From: the human T2T-CHM13v2.0 reference genome, Homo sapiens
Direction: 5' to 3' (one strand)
NCBI RefSeq assembly: GCF_009914755.1
Contig: NC_060930.1
Length of the DNA: 64,000 nucleotides
In this document: piece by piece, positions 1 to 13,080 of the stretch
How the letters are laid out: every line of letters starts with the position of its first letter
How positions within the stretch are numbered: position 1 is the first letter of the stretch
Position numbers and translations under genes: made by a program
Notes under the pieces: model-generated
Told to the model about the DNA's origin: nothing
The model's database searches: none
The model's input: only the letters and a program-made list of their open reading frames with translations

Positions 1-2218
1 CCTTTTAAATATGCCTATAGCTTGGATATCCACTTTTAATTAAGCTGACTTTTTACCATAGTGCTCTTATTTTAAAAAATCCTTTTAAATCCCTTGTTAC
101 CCAACTTTAGCCTCACCAAGTGGCCAATATTTCTGGCTTTTGAACTTTACCAAAAGTAACCTCACAGGTGAAACCAACAAGCCTTAAGTAAGGTTGTGAC
201 TTCACTGCCTGTGTACAAGGTATTTTCAAAGAGATGGTAAGCAGTTTTTACAAAATCTAGAATCTTTAAAGATAGCTCAGAGAAAGGAAGATTTAAGAAA
301 GGAAGCTAGAAGTTGTTCATGGAGGGGAAGAGAATCAGCAAATGATAAAAGTCACACAGATATTAGCCAGAAAGTACTCATTCCCTAAGCCAGGATTGAA
401 CCTGGGCTTCCATTGTAAAATGGCAGAGACCAAAAGAAAGTCCTGCCACGTGGTTACAAGGTCAAGCTCCCAAGGACATAAAACAAGATGGAGACCTTAT
501 TCAGTTTTTTTTCCTTCAGAGACCTGTAGCAAAGTCTGTAACTGACCAGTTTGCATGGCTGGCTTGAACAGTGGGCTTATGGGGTCCTAGGTCTGTGTTC
601 TATCCTGTCTTACTCCTTATGACAGAACTGTACAGAAAGACACACAAAGCATAGCAGATTGGCTACAGCTTAAGATTAGCCTCACAAATCCTTTTTTCCA
701 TTAATCAAAACTTTACAGAAGAATAAACAGTGATTTTTATCCTTCCTTTTACTGGTTTGCACAGGGAGAAAGAGGCCAGAAGTCTGACTGGTAAGAACTT
801 TTACTCTTTTACTGGCATGTCAGGCTTCTGGGTTCCCTTCCCAGTTCAATTTTAAGCCAAGCAGTTTAAGGTTTGGGGATACTAAACTTTTCACAGTTTG
901 GGGGATGCATCCAAGGGCAGTATCCTGTGGTACAGGGACACAATTACCCATCCATGAAGAGAAGACAGAAGATGAAAAAGAAGACATTTATTTCAAAGGA
1001 GTCCCAGTGATTCAGGATGCATTCAAAAGAAGTACGGACTGAAGATGGCTGGTTACCCACCTGGAAAGAGGGGAAAAAGGCATCCTTTAGTTCCCGTCTT
1101 TTCCCAGCATATACTTAGGGTACATAAGGGGGAGAAAGAAAAGGTGTCCACTTTCTTTCTTCCATCTTTGTATCTCCGAGTTCCGGTGACCTTGGCAGGT
1201 GCTGCCCATGGATGCCAACACGGCTTTCACCCGTGCGGAACAGGGAGGCCTAGAGGGTAGGAATTATCTGTACTCACCTACCCGCTGCCTATCCTCCCTG
1301 CTGTCCGTAACGTTTGAGTTTCCTAGACCTCATCTATGCCATAGATACAAGCATGACCTCTTTTTATGAAGCAAGGGTTTAATTGGCAGGAATTAGTCCT
1401 ACTCACCTGTGCTGTGTCCCTTGACTTTCATTGCCATCTGCTTCTCGATCCCTCAGATCCAGTTTTTCTTTCTAGGGCTTCAACCTGAAGCTCGAAATTG
1501 AGTTTGGGACAAAAAGGTGCCTCAGGAGGGTGCATGGGCTCATTAAGTTAGGGAGTCCCATGAATTTGGGTCCTGGCCTAGTAAGATGCTTTCCAAAAGG
1601 ACAAAAGAAAACCCTTGCATGGAAAAGCTCTCTGTATTCACAGGGCTGTGTTTAACTCCTGATACTGTGGAGAAAAGACAAAAAACAGCTTAAGTACAAG
1701 AAGGGGGAAGTGCCTGGGAGAAAAAGCCTCTTGCTCTATGCAAATGGGTTCCTTCAACAGGGAAAAAAAAGACACTTCTAATCCCTGTATCCTCCTTGCC
1801 TCTAAGAACAGATGGAAACTGCATTGTTCTGAATTGCATATCTGACAGCTGGGCCAAATGCTCATTCTCCCCAGTAATATCTCTGTAGTTTGCAGCAACA
1901 CTCTTAACATTGTAAAAGAAGAGATAGGTGCCATGACAGACCCCCCAAAAAGAAGGAAAATGTGGTAGAAAAAACTGGATTAGAACAAGGTTGACATTCC
2001 CAACCCTTGAGAGCAATGGGGTGAAGGGTGGGTGTAGGGGTCCTCTCCAGCATCCTGTCCTCTGTAGCTGCACCATTCACTCTTAATTGGCTCACCAGAG
2101 GTTCAGTGCTTCATCTGCCTTCAGCACAAGTCTGAGGACAAGAAGCCTTGGAAATGAAAGTGAAAGAGTTTAGGTCTGCATTTACTCACCCTTCAGGGAT
2201 CCCGGATGAGCCCCGAAA
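1..2218 (-). mobile_element. ERV1-class (MER4-group-like) internal/leader sequence, truncated by the window start
   Basis: The minus strand begins TTTCGGGGCTCATCCGGGAT (tRNA-Pro PBS-like), followed by the splice donor AGG|GTGAGT and repeated leader units (aggaatta...tactcacct near 1259 and 1388). The subfamily name is not certain. Confidence 0.75.
2199..2216 (-). other. Retroviral primer-binding site, tRNA-Pro type
   Basis: The reverse complement TCGGGGCTCATCCGGGAT matches the PBS-Pro TGGGGGCTCGTCCGGGAT at 16/18. Confidence 0.8.
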
Positions 2219-2697
2219 CTGGGATTACAGTTGTGAGCCATCATGCCTGGATTCCAATATTTTCTTCTAGAAGTTTTATAGTTTTCAGTTTTACATTTAA
2301 GTTCTATGATCCATTTTGAGGTGATGTTTTATATGGTGTAAGGTAGGGATCAAATTTCATTGCTTCCTGTATTTTTAAAGCTCTGTTATTAGGTATATAT
2401 ACATTTATAATTGTTATAGTTTCCTGATGCCTTGACACTTTTACCATTATGAAGTATTCCTCTTCATTTCTAGTGATACTTCTTGTCTCAAAGTCTGTCT
2501 TGTCTAATATTAGTATAGCCACCTTAGGCTTTTAGGCCCAGTGTTTACATGTGATATCTTTTTCCATCTGTTTATTTTTAACTTGTTTGCCTTTGAATTT
2601 AAAATGTATCTCTAAAAGGATATAATTAGTTCTTACGTCTTTATCCAGTCAGACAATCTTTGCCATTTGATTAAAGTCTTTAGTCTATTTTTATTTA

Positions 2698-3015
<318 letters not shown>

Positions 3016-3443
3016 TCAATTTAGGTCTTTTTAAATTTAATGACATTTAGGTCAATTTTCATTTAATGTAATAATTGATATGGCCATATCATTTAGGTCT
3101 GCCATTTTGCTATTTGTTTTCTTTTTGTCTCATCTACCTTTTGTTCTTCTGTTCCTTCTTCTCTGCTTGCCTTTTCATTAATCAAATAATTTTTAGTAGT
3201 CAATTTTAATTCCTTGATTGGCTTTCTAGCTATATCTCTGTGCATAATTTTTTAGTGCTTTCTTTGAGTATTACAATATGCATCTTTAAGTCATTCCACT
3301 CTATTTTAAGTTATATACCCATTTACATCCATCTTTAATGCTGTTGTTTTCACATATTTATTTATTATAACATCTATATATAGTGTTATAGTTTTTGTTT
3401 AAACAGTAATTTAAAGTTATCCTTGTAAAGAAATTATGAGGAA

Positions 3444-3445
<2 letters not shown>

Positions 3446-3487
<42 letters not shown>
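3446..3487. repeat. (GT)21 microsatellite
   Basis: Perfect dinucleotide run. Confidence 0.98.
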
Positions 3488-3489
<2 letters not shown>

Positions 3490-3959
3490 ATCCTTCCTTT
3501 GGACCCAAGTTGCCAGTGGTGTCATTCTCTTCAGCCTGAAGAACTTTATTTAACATTCTTGTAGTGTAAATTTCCTAGTGACAGATTCTCTCCATTTAAA
3601 GAAATCTTTATTTTGCCTTCATTTTTGAAGGCTAGTTCAAAAGGCTGGATATAGAATTCTTGGTTATTTTCCACCACTTTCAGCACTATCAATATGAAAG
3701 TTCCAATGTCTTCTGTCCCTTATTATTTACAAGAGGCCACCTGTTAATGATATCATTGTTCTCTCTAGATATATTATTTTTCTCTGCTTTCAAAATTTTC
3801 TTTTTGGCATTCAGCAGTTTGACTGTGATAAGCTTAGGAATCATTTTCTTAGTGTTTATCTTGCTGGGGGGGTCTTTGAACTTCTTGGATCTATAAATTA
3901 AAGTTTTTCACACAATTTGCAATTTTTATTTTGCGCTGTTCTTTTTATTTGTTTGTTTG

Positions 3960-4283
<324 letters not shown>

Positions 4284-4899
4284 TAGAGATCCATAGGTCT
4301 CTAAGACTTAGTTAATTTTGTTTAATATTATTCTCTCACCGTGAGACAGGATTTGCAATGTGAACAAAGGCCTGCTGTCTTTAGATTGGGTAATTTCTTT
4401 ATATTGGGTAATTTCTATCTCCAATACTTCACCCTTCAAAAGTATGACTGAAAAATGCATTCAGTAACTATCTGTAGTAGGGTTTGCATGACCACTTTAT
4501 TCCAATGCCATAAACAGAGGTTGATTAGCAAATATTTTTAAAGCCACTCTTAAGTGAAATATAACTACCAAATAACCTTTAGGATGGCAATAAAATGGTC
4601 AAGGCAAGAGTACAGTCTATCCACTCCTGAATTTTTATATAGTTTCCAAACAGTTTCATGCCCCAGGAATTACTGGGACTTCGGTAAATAATATTTTGCA
4701 TTTTAATATCTGTTTTGCATACTATTATTTTATATAATTTATGCTATTAGACTGATATTGAGTTATAACAGAGGAAAGATACCAGTATACTTCAAAAGTA
4801 TGACTGGAAAATGCATTCAAAAGGTTCGCTTAGCAGATTGGAGATGAAAGATAAGAAAGGTCTGGGAACTTTGAAGGTAGAAATTACCCAATCTTTAGA

Positions 4900-5580
4900 T
4901 ACATACTTTTCATCTCCAGAATTTTCTCTTTTTTTATAGTTTACATTTTGTTTTTGAGATCCCCTATCTCTTCACTAAGTAAGATCACTTCATATCTTAA
5001 ATTCTTTGAAAAATATTATTTTCTAATTCATCTAACATTTATAATAGAAACTTTGAAATCTTTGTTTGCTAAATTCAATGGCTGAGCCCTTCAGAGTCTG
5101 TTTTTATTGATTGCCTGTTTGTTTGCGTGCCTCATAATTTTTGGTTGAAACTTGAACATGTAGATAATATTTTGAAGTAACTCTGATTCTACTGTGTTAA
5201 TCCAAGGATTATTGAGTTTTTGTTCCTAGCAGATAGCTTGCCGGAGCTCACATTGCAAATCCTGTCTCACTGTGGTGTGCGGCGGCTGATATCTCTGCTT
5301 AGTTCTTATAACTTTCGGATGCTGCCTTTCTTTATTCTGGTTTCTGTTCAGTCTACCAAGCATCTGCACATTTTATTGGCCCTCTAGAAAGCCCACAGCT
5401 TTGTAATTCTTCTTGCAACTGTAGCTTTTCAAACTCTCCCCCAAATTCTATCAGTTTTTCAGATATTTTCCAGTATGTTTAAATAGTTTTGTTTAGCCCA
5501 GATTTAATAATAGTTATCTGTAGTAGGGTTTGCATGACCACTTTATTCCAATGCCACAAACAGAAGTTGATTAGCAAATT
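4900..5580 (-). mobile_element. Old L1M 5' region (ORF1 start and 5' end)
   Basis: T-rich plus strand. The minus strand starts acttctg...accctactacagataactattattaaatctgg, resembling L1M 5' ends. Confidence 0.55.
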
Positions 5581-6264
5581 ATATATATATTTGCATACGT
5601 TTATTTTACATAATTTAAGGCTATTAGACCAATATTGGTTATTACAGAGCATAGATACCTTGAAAGAGGCCAAGATGGAGTGGAAATGCAGGTTGGAGCT
5701 ACCAAAGGGCAAAAAACTATTCATCAACCTTTAACTACAATAAATCTTCCCTTTGGGTATTTTCATTTGTAAACACTTTGCCCTTGCAGTCATTTACATC
5801 GGCATAATTACAACACCTTTGCTTTATTTGGCATGCAGGAGAATCTTCTTAAATATTAAACCTAACCACTTTGAGTGATTTGCATCCTGCTTTTGTCATA
5901 CATTTAGAGCCTTGGGATTTTTTCTCAGAATGGAGTAGGAAACAAATAGGGTCTGGATAGGGAAATTGAAAAGCTTCCTGGTATTTTTCTGTTGAAAGAT
6001 TTCTTAACATGGCTTCTTGGATGTGTCTCTCTGATGTCAAACATACACACATATTCAAATAAGAGTTATACAAGCACATCTTGCACATTTTTGGCATCTA
6101 TGTCTCAAGACACAGGACATTCTATCTGGTGTTCTGATCGAACCACTTTTGCATGTTACTAGACTGAAAATTATTGGAAGGTAGAGAAATCTCTTATTTG
6201 TTTTTATATTCCCAACAGCCTAGGATAGAGCCTAGAACATTAAAGAACACTAAAATTTTAATAG

Positions 6265-6730
6265 TGTAACTGAAAAGCAGGTTAGTTGGTCACTGCATGT
6301 AGAGTCCAATTAACAAGAGCAAGTTCTGATACAAAGAAGTGTATTTATTTCAAAACTAGCTTAGGGGAAGAGGCACAAAGCATCCTGCCTTTAAATGTGC
6401 CACTTCACCTTTGGAGCAAAAAGTGGACATTTTTATAAGGTAGGGGAGGAAATGAGCAAGGGCAAGTGTCCCTCTGCTACTGGGCAAGTATCTGAGCTGG
6501 CACCTTCTTGGGCAGAAGTAAGTTGTAAAAGTGGCCAAGTGGGTATGCTTTCAACATGCCCTCCTAGTGGGCATGAGTTCTGAGATGACCCTGTGGAGAG
6601 TTCTGTGGGGGCATGCTTTGGTCTGCAAATAGACTGTTAACTTTCGAGGAGAGATCCTTGGGGGGAAAATATATATTAGGAAGTCCTCTGTGGGTGTTTT
6701 GTAGAAGGACCTAGAGGGACTAGGGCTCGA
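6265..6730 (-). mobile_element. ERV1 LTR fragment (MER31-like)
   Basis: Starts TGTAAC...gtccaattaacaagagc...tttattt...ctagcttaggggaag, typical of MER4-group LTR ends. AATAAA on the minus strand near 6344. Confidence 0.6.
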
Positions 6731-6797
6731 TTGTTATTTATTTATTTATTTATTTATTGTGTGTGTGTGTATGTGAGAGAGAGAGAGAGAAAGAGAG

Positions 6798-7407
<610 letters not shown>

Positions 7408-9006
7408 TAAAAATTTTACCATGCTGGATATATTGTAGTAGCTATGTACTTCAGTTTCTCAATTGTTAAACGAACTTAATAGAAGTACTACCTTATAGAA
7501 TTTTGGGGATTAAATGAAATAGTCTTCTGAGCACAACAAATATATTATCAGCACAACAGCTAGCTCTATTGAGTCTTTATTATTATAATAGCAGTAATAG
7601 TCAGACTTGGAAGGGGTGAAAGAGAACAACAGTCCATTTTATTTTTGTGGCATATATATCATAGGTCGTAAGACCTTGGATTGTTTAGATGCCATGTTAA
7701 AACTTGACAAAACTAGAAATGTTGTGAGTGTGCAATAGCAGGTGATAACTAATCCAATCATTAATTTATTCTTGAATTTGATCAGAAGACAGACCTAACT
7801 TCATCTATTGCCAATTACTATTGTAACAAAATCTATTGGAATTTCAGTTTAGGCACTGCAGTACAACAGTGTGAATTTCAAAAGTGAGATATTTTATGTG
7901 GCTTTTTAAAGTAGGTTTTCAAACCAGTTAAAGGCTCTAAAACCCATTAAGAAGGATACTATGGGTCAGGAATAGCATTTTATGAGGACTCTTGAGAAAA
8001 CGGTGCTGTGTCCCCTCCACCATGGTACAAGTGGAGGTTACTCTCACTTGTTCTCTTACTTGGTATCTCTCCTTGTTCTCTCACTTGGTATCGAGTGAGA
8101 GGGGCTTGAGAGGGACGACTTAAGAGATTTAAAGGATTCCCCCCAGTTGTGGGGAACAGAGGACCAGGGTCTGACTCTCCGAGGCACCCAACAAGGAGAG
8201 AACTGTGGCTGGCTTACTGTTCCCACAGAAAGAGCTATACTGTAATGGTGTCTGTGTTGAATTTGCCTACACTCCAGCCTTTGTCAGGGCAAAGGAAATG
8301 TATTTCCTGCAGATTAGAGGTGGGCCTAGCGGAGGAGAAGGGTAGCCTGGAGTTTGACTCCTGTCCAAATAGATGCCTGAAAGGGCAGTGAGGTTCCAAC
8401 GGTGAGTCTTTTGAATGACAGCCAAAAAGCCAGGAGAAGAATGAATTATCCAAGTCAATGGTGCTATGGCCAGAAGGAACTCTGAGGTGAGACTCTGAAT
8501 AACCCATGAAAGTGCATCTGAGAAAAAAGAATTAGCTTCAAACATCAGCAGACAGGGGTTTTGGCAGGAGGGCTCATGTTGGAATCTCCTTGCCTTCCTT
8601 CCCCAGCCTCCATCTCCCATGCCTACCTTGGAAAGATCCGACAGCTAGGGTTGGTGTAAAGTCGTGGAAGAGAAGAAAAGCAGCTGATTTCAATCCCTTC
8701 CCAGGTTCCCTGGGGCTGGGGAAAAGATTTGATTACCTAGTGAATATTGGTTTGTTACCTAAAGTGACCATAAGCCTTTCTTTAACATTGACCAAAAGAA
8801 TCAAATGGGCCTGTTGAAGTGTTCATCTAGTGTCAAGGGAAAATTTTTCCCCACTGAATAAATTTTAAGAAGGCAGTCAAGACAAGAAGCTATATTTGAT
8901 TATATCCTGTTAGTGCTTATTCAATAGACACATAAATCTGTAATTTTTAATATTTGGTATAGAAGTAGGTTGAAATCCACAGTAATTCACAGAAACTTGT
9001 GCAAGG

Positions 9007-9328
9007 GTTTTGTTTTCTTTTCTTTTCTTTCTTTTTTTTTTTTTTTTGAGACAGAATCTCACTCTGTCCCCCAGGTTGGAGTACAGTAGGATGACCTCGG
9101 CTCACTGCAGCCTCCACCTGCCAAGGTTCAAGCAATTCTTGTGCCTCAGCCTCCTGAGTAGCTGGGATTACAGGCATGAGCCAACACGGGCGGCTAATTT
9201 TTGTATTTTTAGTAGAGACGAGGTGTCTCCATGTTGGCCAGGCTGGTCTTGATCCTGACCTCAGGTGATCTGCCTGCCTTGATCTCCCAAAGTGCTGGGA
9301 TTACAGGTGTGAGCGACCATGCCCGGCC
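9007..9328 (-). mobile_element. AluS
   Basis: Poly-T followed by gagacagaatctcactctg...catgcccggcc. Confidence 0.93.
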
Positions 9329-9566
9329 AAGGTCTTTTTTCTTGAAAATATCTTCACTCATATAAGCAGTATATGCAATATAAGGATATGCTCTTGGGTT
9401 TCTTGATGTGGTCTAATATTTAGTGTTGGCCCCTTAATTATAAAAGTTGCTTTTATCTAAAAGTAGATGTTAGTTGTCAGGCAATGTTTGCTGTAAAAAA
9501 TAAATAAAAAATAAAAGTAGATGTTAGGATATTTTCTTCTAGCCTGCCTAGTATTTATATTAGATT

Positions 9567-9861
9567 CTTTCTTTTTTTGAGAAAGCGTCTCGCTCAGCTG
9601 CCCAGGCTGGAGTGCGCAGTGGCGCGATCTCGGCTCACTGCAACCACCATCTCCCGGGTTCAAGTGATTCTCCCATCTCAGCCTCCTGAGTAGCTGGGAT
9701 TACAGGCACCCACCACCACGCCTGGCTAATTTTTGTATTTTAGTAGAGGCGGAGTTTCACCATGTTGGCCAGGCTGGTCTGGAACTCCTGACCTCAGGTG
9801 ATCAGCCCACCTCGGCCTCCCAAAGTGCTAGGATTACAGATGTGAGCCACCGCACCCAGCC
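9567..9861 (-). mobile_element. AluS
   Basis: Antisense Alu consensus. Confidence 0.93.
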
Positions 9862-9968
9862 TAGATTGTTTCTTAAACCATAGATGTCTGAACTTTTTTG
9901 AATGAAATTAAATGATTAGAGATTAGTAAAATTTTTGTATAAGATAGTAGACTAACAAATTCTTACTA

Positions 9969-10949
9969 GTCTGGGTGTGGTGACTCATGCCTGTAATGCC
10001 AGCAATTTGGGAGGCCAGGGTGGGCCGATCACTTAAGCCCAGGAGTTTGAGACCAGCCTGGGCAACATGGCGAAACCTTGTCTCTACAAAAGATACAAAA
10101 ATTAGCTGGTGTGGTGGCACACACCTGTAGTCCCAGCTACTCAGGAGGCTTAGGTGGGAGGATGGCTTGAGCCTAGAAGGCAGAGGTTGCAGTGAGCAAA
10201 CATTGCGTCACCGCACTCCAGCCTGGGTGACACAGCGAGACCCTGTCTCATTAAAAAAAGAAAATTTAACCTGTCTCAAGCTCTCCATACTGTAAGGCTC
10301 TGCATGTCTTGATTGGATTGTGCTAATATATTTGGCCAATCAGCTACTTCCTACTGTCTACTTTTGAATCCCTGTCACCACCATCTAAGTCAAGATGACA
10401 GTGTTTACACAGTCTCTTCATTGTGTTTTAAGATTATAGTCTTCTTTCTGGTGAGGGAAGAAAGAAAATAGAAATATGGCTTACTGATTGGGCCATGGCT
10501 TACGCCTGCAATCCCAGCATTTTAGAGGCCAAGGTGGGAGGATTGCTGGAAGCCAGGAGTTCAAGACCAGCTTGAGTAGCAAAGTGAGACCCTGTCTGTA
10601 CAAAAGAAACACACACAAAAGAAATATGACTGACTAAAATACATATAATTTTCATAATACTTTAAAATGTAAGAAGGCAAAAAATTTCTGGGCTCAAGGT
10701 GGGTGATCGCTTGAACCTAGGAGTTCAAGACCAGCCTGGGCAACCTGGCAAAACCTTGTTTCTACAAAAAGTACAAAAATTAGCCAGGCATGGTGGTGCA
10801 CACCTGTGGTTCTAGCTACTTGGAAGATTGAGGTGGGAAATTTGCTTGAGCCTGGGCTGTCGAGATCACAGTGAGCTGAGATTGCACCACTGCACTCCAG
10901 CCTGGGCAGCGGAGTGAGACCTTTTCTCAAAAAAAAAAAAAAAAAAAAA
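9969..10949 (+). mobile_element. Sense Alu cluster: Alu 9969-10265, FLAM about 10489-10610, head-deleted Alu 10687-10949
   Basis: Alu motifs. The last copy is flanked by the TSD AAGGCAAAAAATT (10674-10686 and 10948-10960). Confidence 0.9.
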
Positions 10950-11718
10950 GGCAAAAAATTAAATTATTAGTATGGTAAAGTTTCGTTTGGACTTAATATG
11001 AAACTCATTTCTAGAAATGATGATCATTTGCATAGGGCTTAACTTCCTTTGCTAAGAAAATAGAGTAGTATACTAGGAGACTTCCAGAGCTGCATAGAGC
11101 TTCAGGGTCATCTACCAAGACAGACAATTTGTTGTCATCATCAGTGTTAAACTCTAAATTATTAAGTGCTTATGTGCCAGATACTGAAGTTTATATACAC
11201 TTTCTCTAATCTTTAATAATTCTAGAAAGGTATGTGTTTGATCCATTTTCAAGATAAGAAAACTCATTCAGAGGGGAAGTAACCTGACCAAGAATACGTT
11301 GTAGTTGTAGAGCTGGGAATATGACTCATGTCTGTTTTTTCCATAGCCCATTTTCACTTAGGTTCCATTAGTTTATTATATATTTTAGAAGGACTTACAG
11401 ACTTGATTTCCTCAGCGAAGTCAGATTACTCATTTCTTTGGCACAGAATTATGATTATTTGTATTTAATATTTCTTTCCTGTTGGTTTTCATTTTTGAGT
11501 TTTTATGGAATCTGACTTCTGATTCTCAATTTTTTTATTGTGAAATATAACATACCTTCAGAAAAAAAGATTAAACATATCTATGGTTTTATAAATGATT
11601 ATAAAATAAATACCCAGTAACTATTATCCAGGTCAGCAAATATTCTACTAGTGTATGAGTCAATTTCCATGGCAAAAGAACTAAGCTTAGGCACTATACT
11701 CAAAAAAACTAAAAATAA

Positions 11719-11955
<237 letters not shown>

Positions 11956-12554
11956 TAAGGACTTGGTTTTTTCATGTTGCTTTTTAAAAACTGTTAGATA
12001 CCTTAAAGTTTTACTTTCAGAAACTATGCTATTTACAAGCAAAGATCCTCCTTTTCATTTTTTAAAACTTTAAGCAATATGACTTATAAAACAAACTGTT
12101 ATCCATAGCAGCAAATCAGAGCTTGAGAATTTGAATGCTTTTTTTTCTTGTAATGCCTAAGACTTAGACATCAATCAGGATATATGTGTTTCTTGGTGCA
12201 TGGAAAAATGTTTCTCCTTATCTTTTTCTTCTATTCACATAAAAATCCTAATGGCACTCAAGTTATAACAATGATTTATCTAAAACAGCAGCCTTAGTTT
12301 AGGGTCAGTTCAGTCTGAGGCCCACGGGTTACAATAAGTGGTGTTTTAAAGTAGCTGTTCATAGGCTTGATATGAAATATTTTTGTTAATGAGACCAAAA
12401 CTTTGCCATTTATTCCAACCCAGGTAGAGAATTCCTGTCTGTTCTTTAAAAAAAGAACATGCTAAAATTTTAAAATATCATGGCAAAATGAAGTGGTCCA
12501 ATGTACCTTAAAATAAAACTTAATGTCAATGTACTTCTCCTGTATCTATTAGAA

Positions 12555-13080
12555 TAAGGATCCCCAACCCCTGTGCCACAGACTGGTACGGGTCCATGGC
12601 CTGTTAGGAATTGGGCTGCACAGCAGGAGGTGAGCTGTGGGTGAGTAAGCAAAGCTTCCTCTATATTTATAGCTGCTCCCCATTACTTGCATTACCACCT
12701 GAGCTCCACCTCCTGTCAGATCAGTGGCAGCATTAGATTCTTCTAGGAGTGCAAACCCTATTGTGAACTGTACATATGAGGGATCTAGGTTGCACTCCCC
12801 TTATGAGAATCTAAATGCCTGATGATCTGTCACTTTCTCCCGTCACACCCAGATGTGACTGTCTAGTTTCAGGAAAACAAGCCCAGGATTCCCACTGATT
12901 CTACATTATGATGAGTTGTATAATTATTTCATTATATATTACAATGTAATAATAATAGAAATAAAGTGCACAATAAATGTAATGCACTTGAATCATCCCT
13001 AACCGCCCTCCCCCGGCACCATCCATGGAAAAATTCTTCCTGAAACTGGTCTCTGGTGCCAAAAAGATTGGGGATTCCTG
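12555..13080 (+). mobile_element. MER1A (hAT-Charlie non-autonomous DNA transposon), full length
   Basis: TIR-like ends (taaggatccccaac...attggggattcctg), MER1 body (ctcctgtcagatcagtggcagcattagattct), 526 bp, and a perfect 8-bp TSD TATTAGAA (12547-12554 and 13081-13088). Confidence 0.93.

Noticed and set aside
1638-2076. Minus-strand ORFs faintly resembling ERV Gag matrix (YLFFYN..., IWP..., FHLF...EVSFFSL)
   Set aside because: The motifs are split across frames and too degenerate to call without a profile search. At best a dead remnant.
5849-6097. 82-aa minus-strand ORF in unique sequence, as a possible retrocopy
   Set aside because: No recognisable protein, poly(A) tail or TSD.
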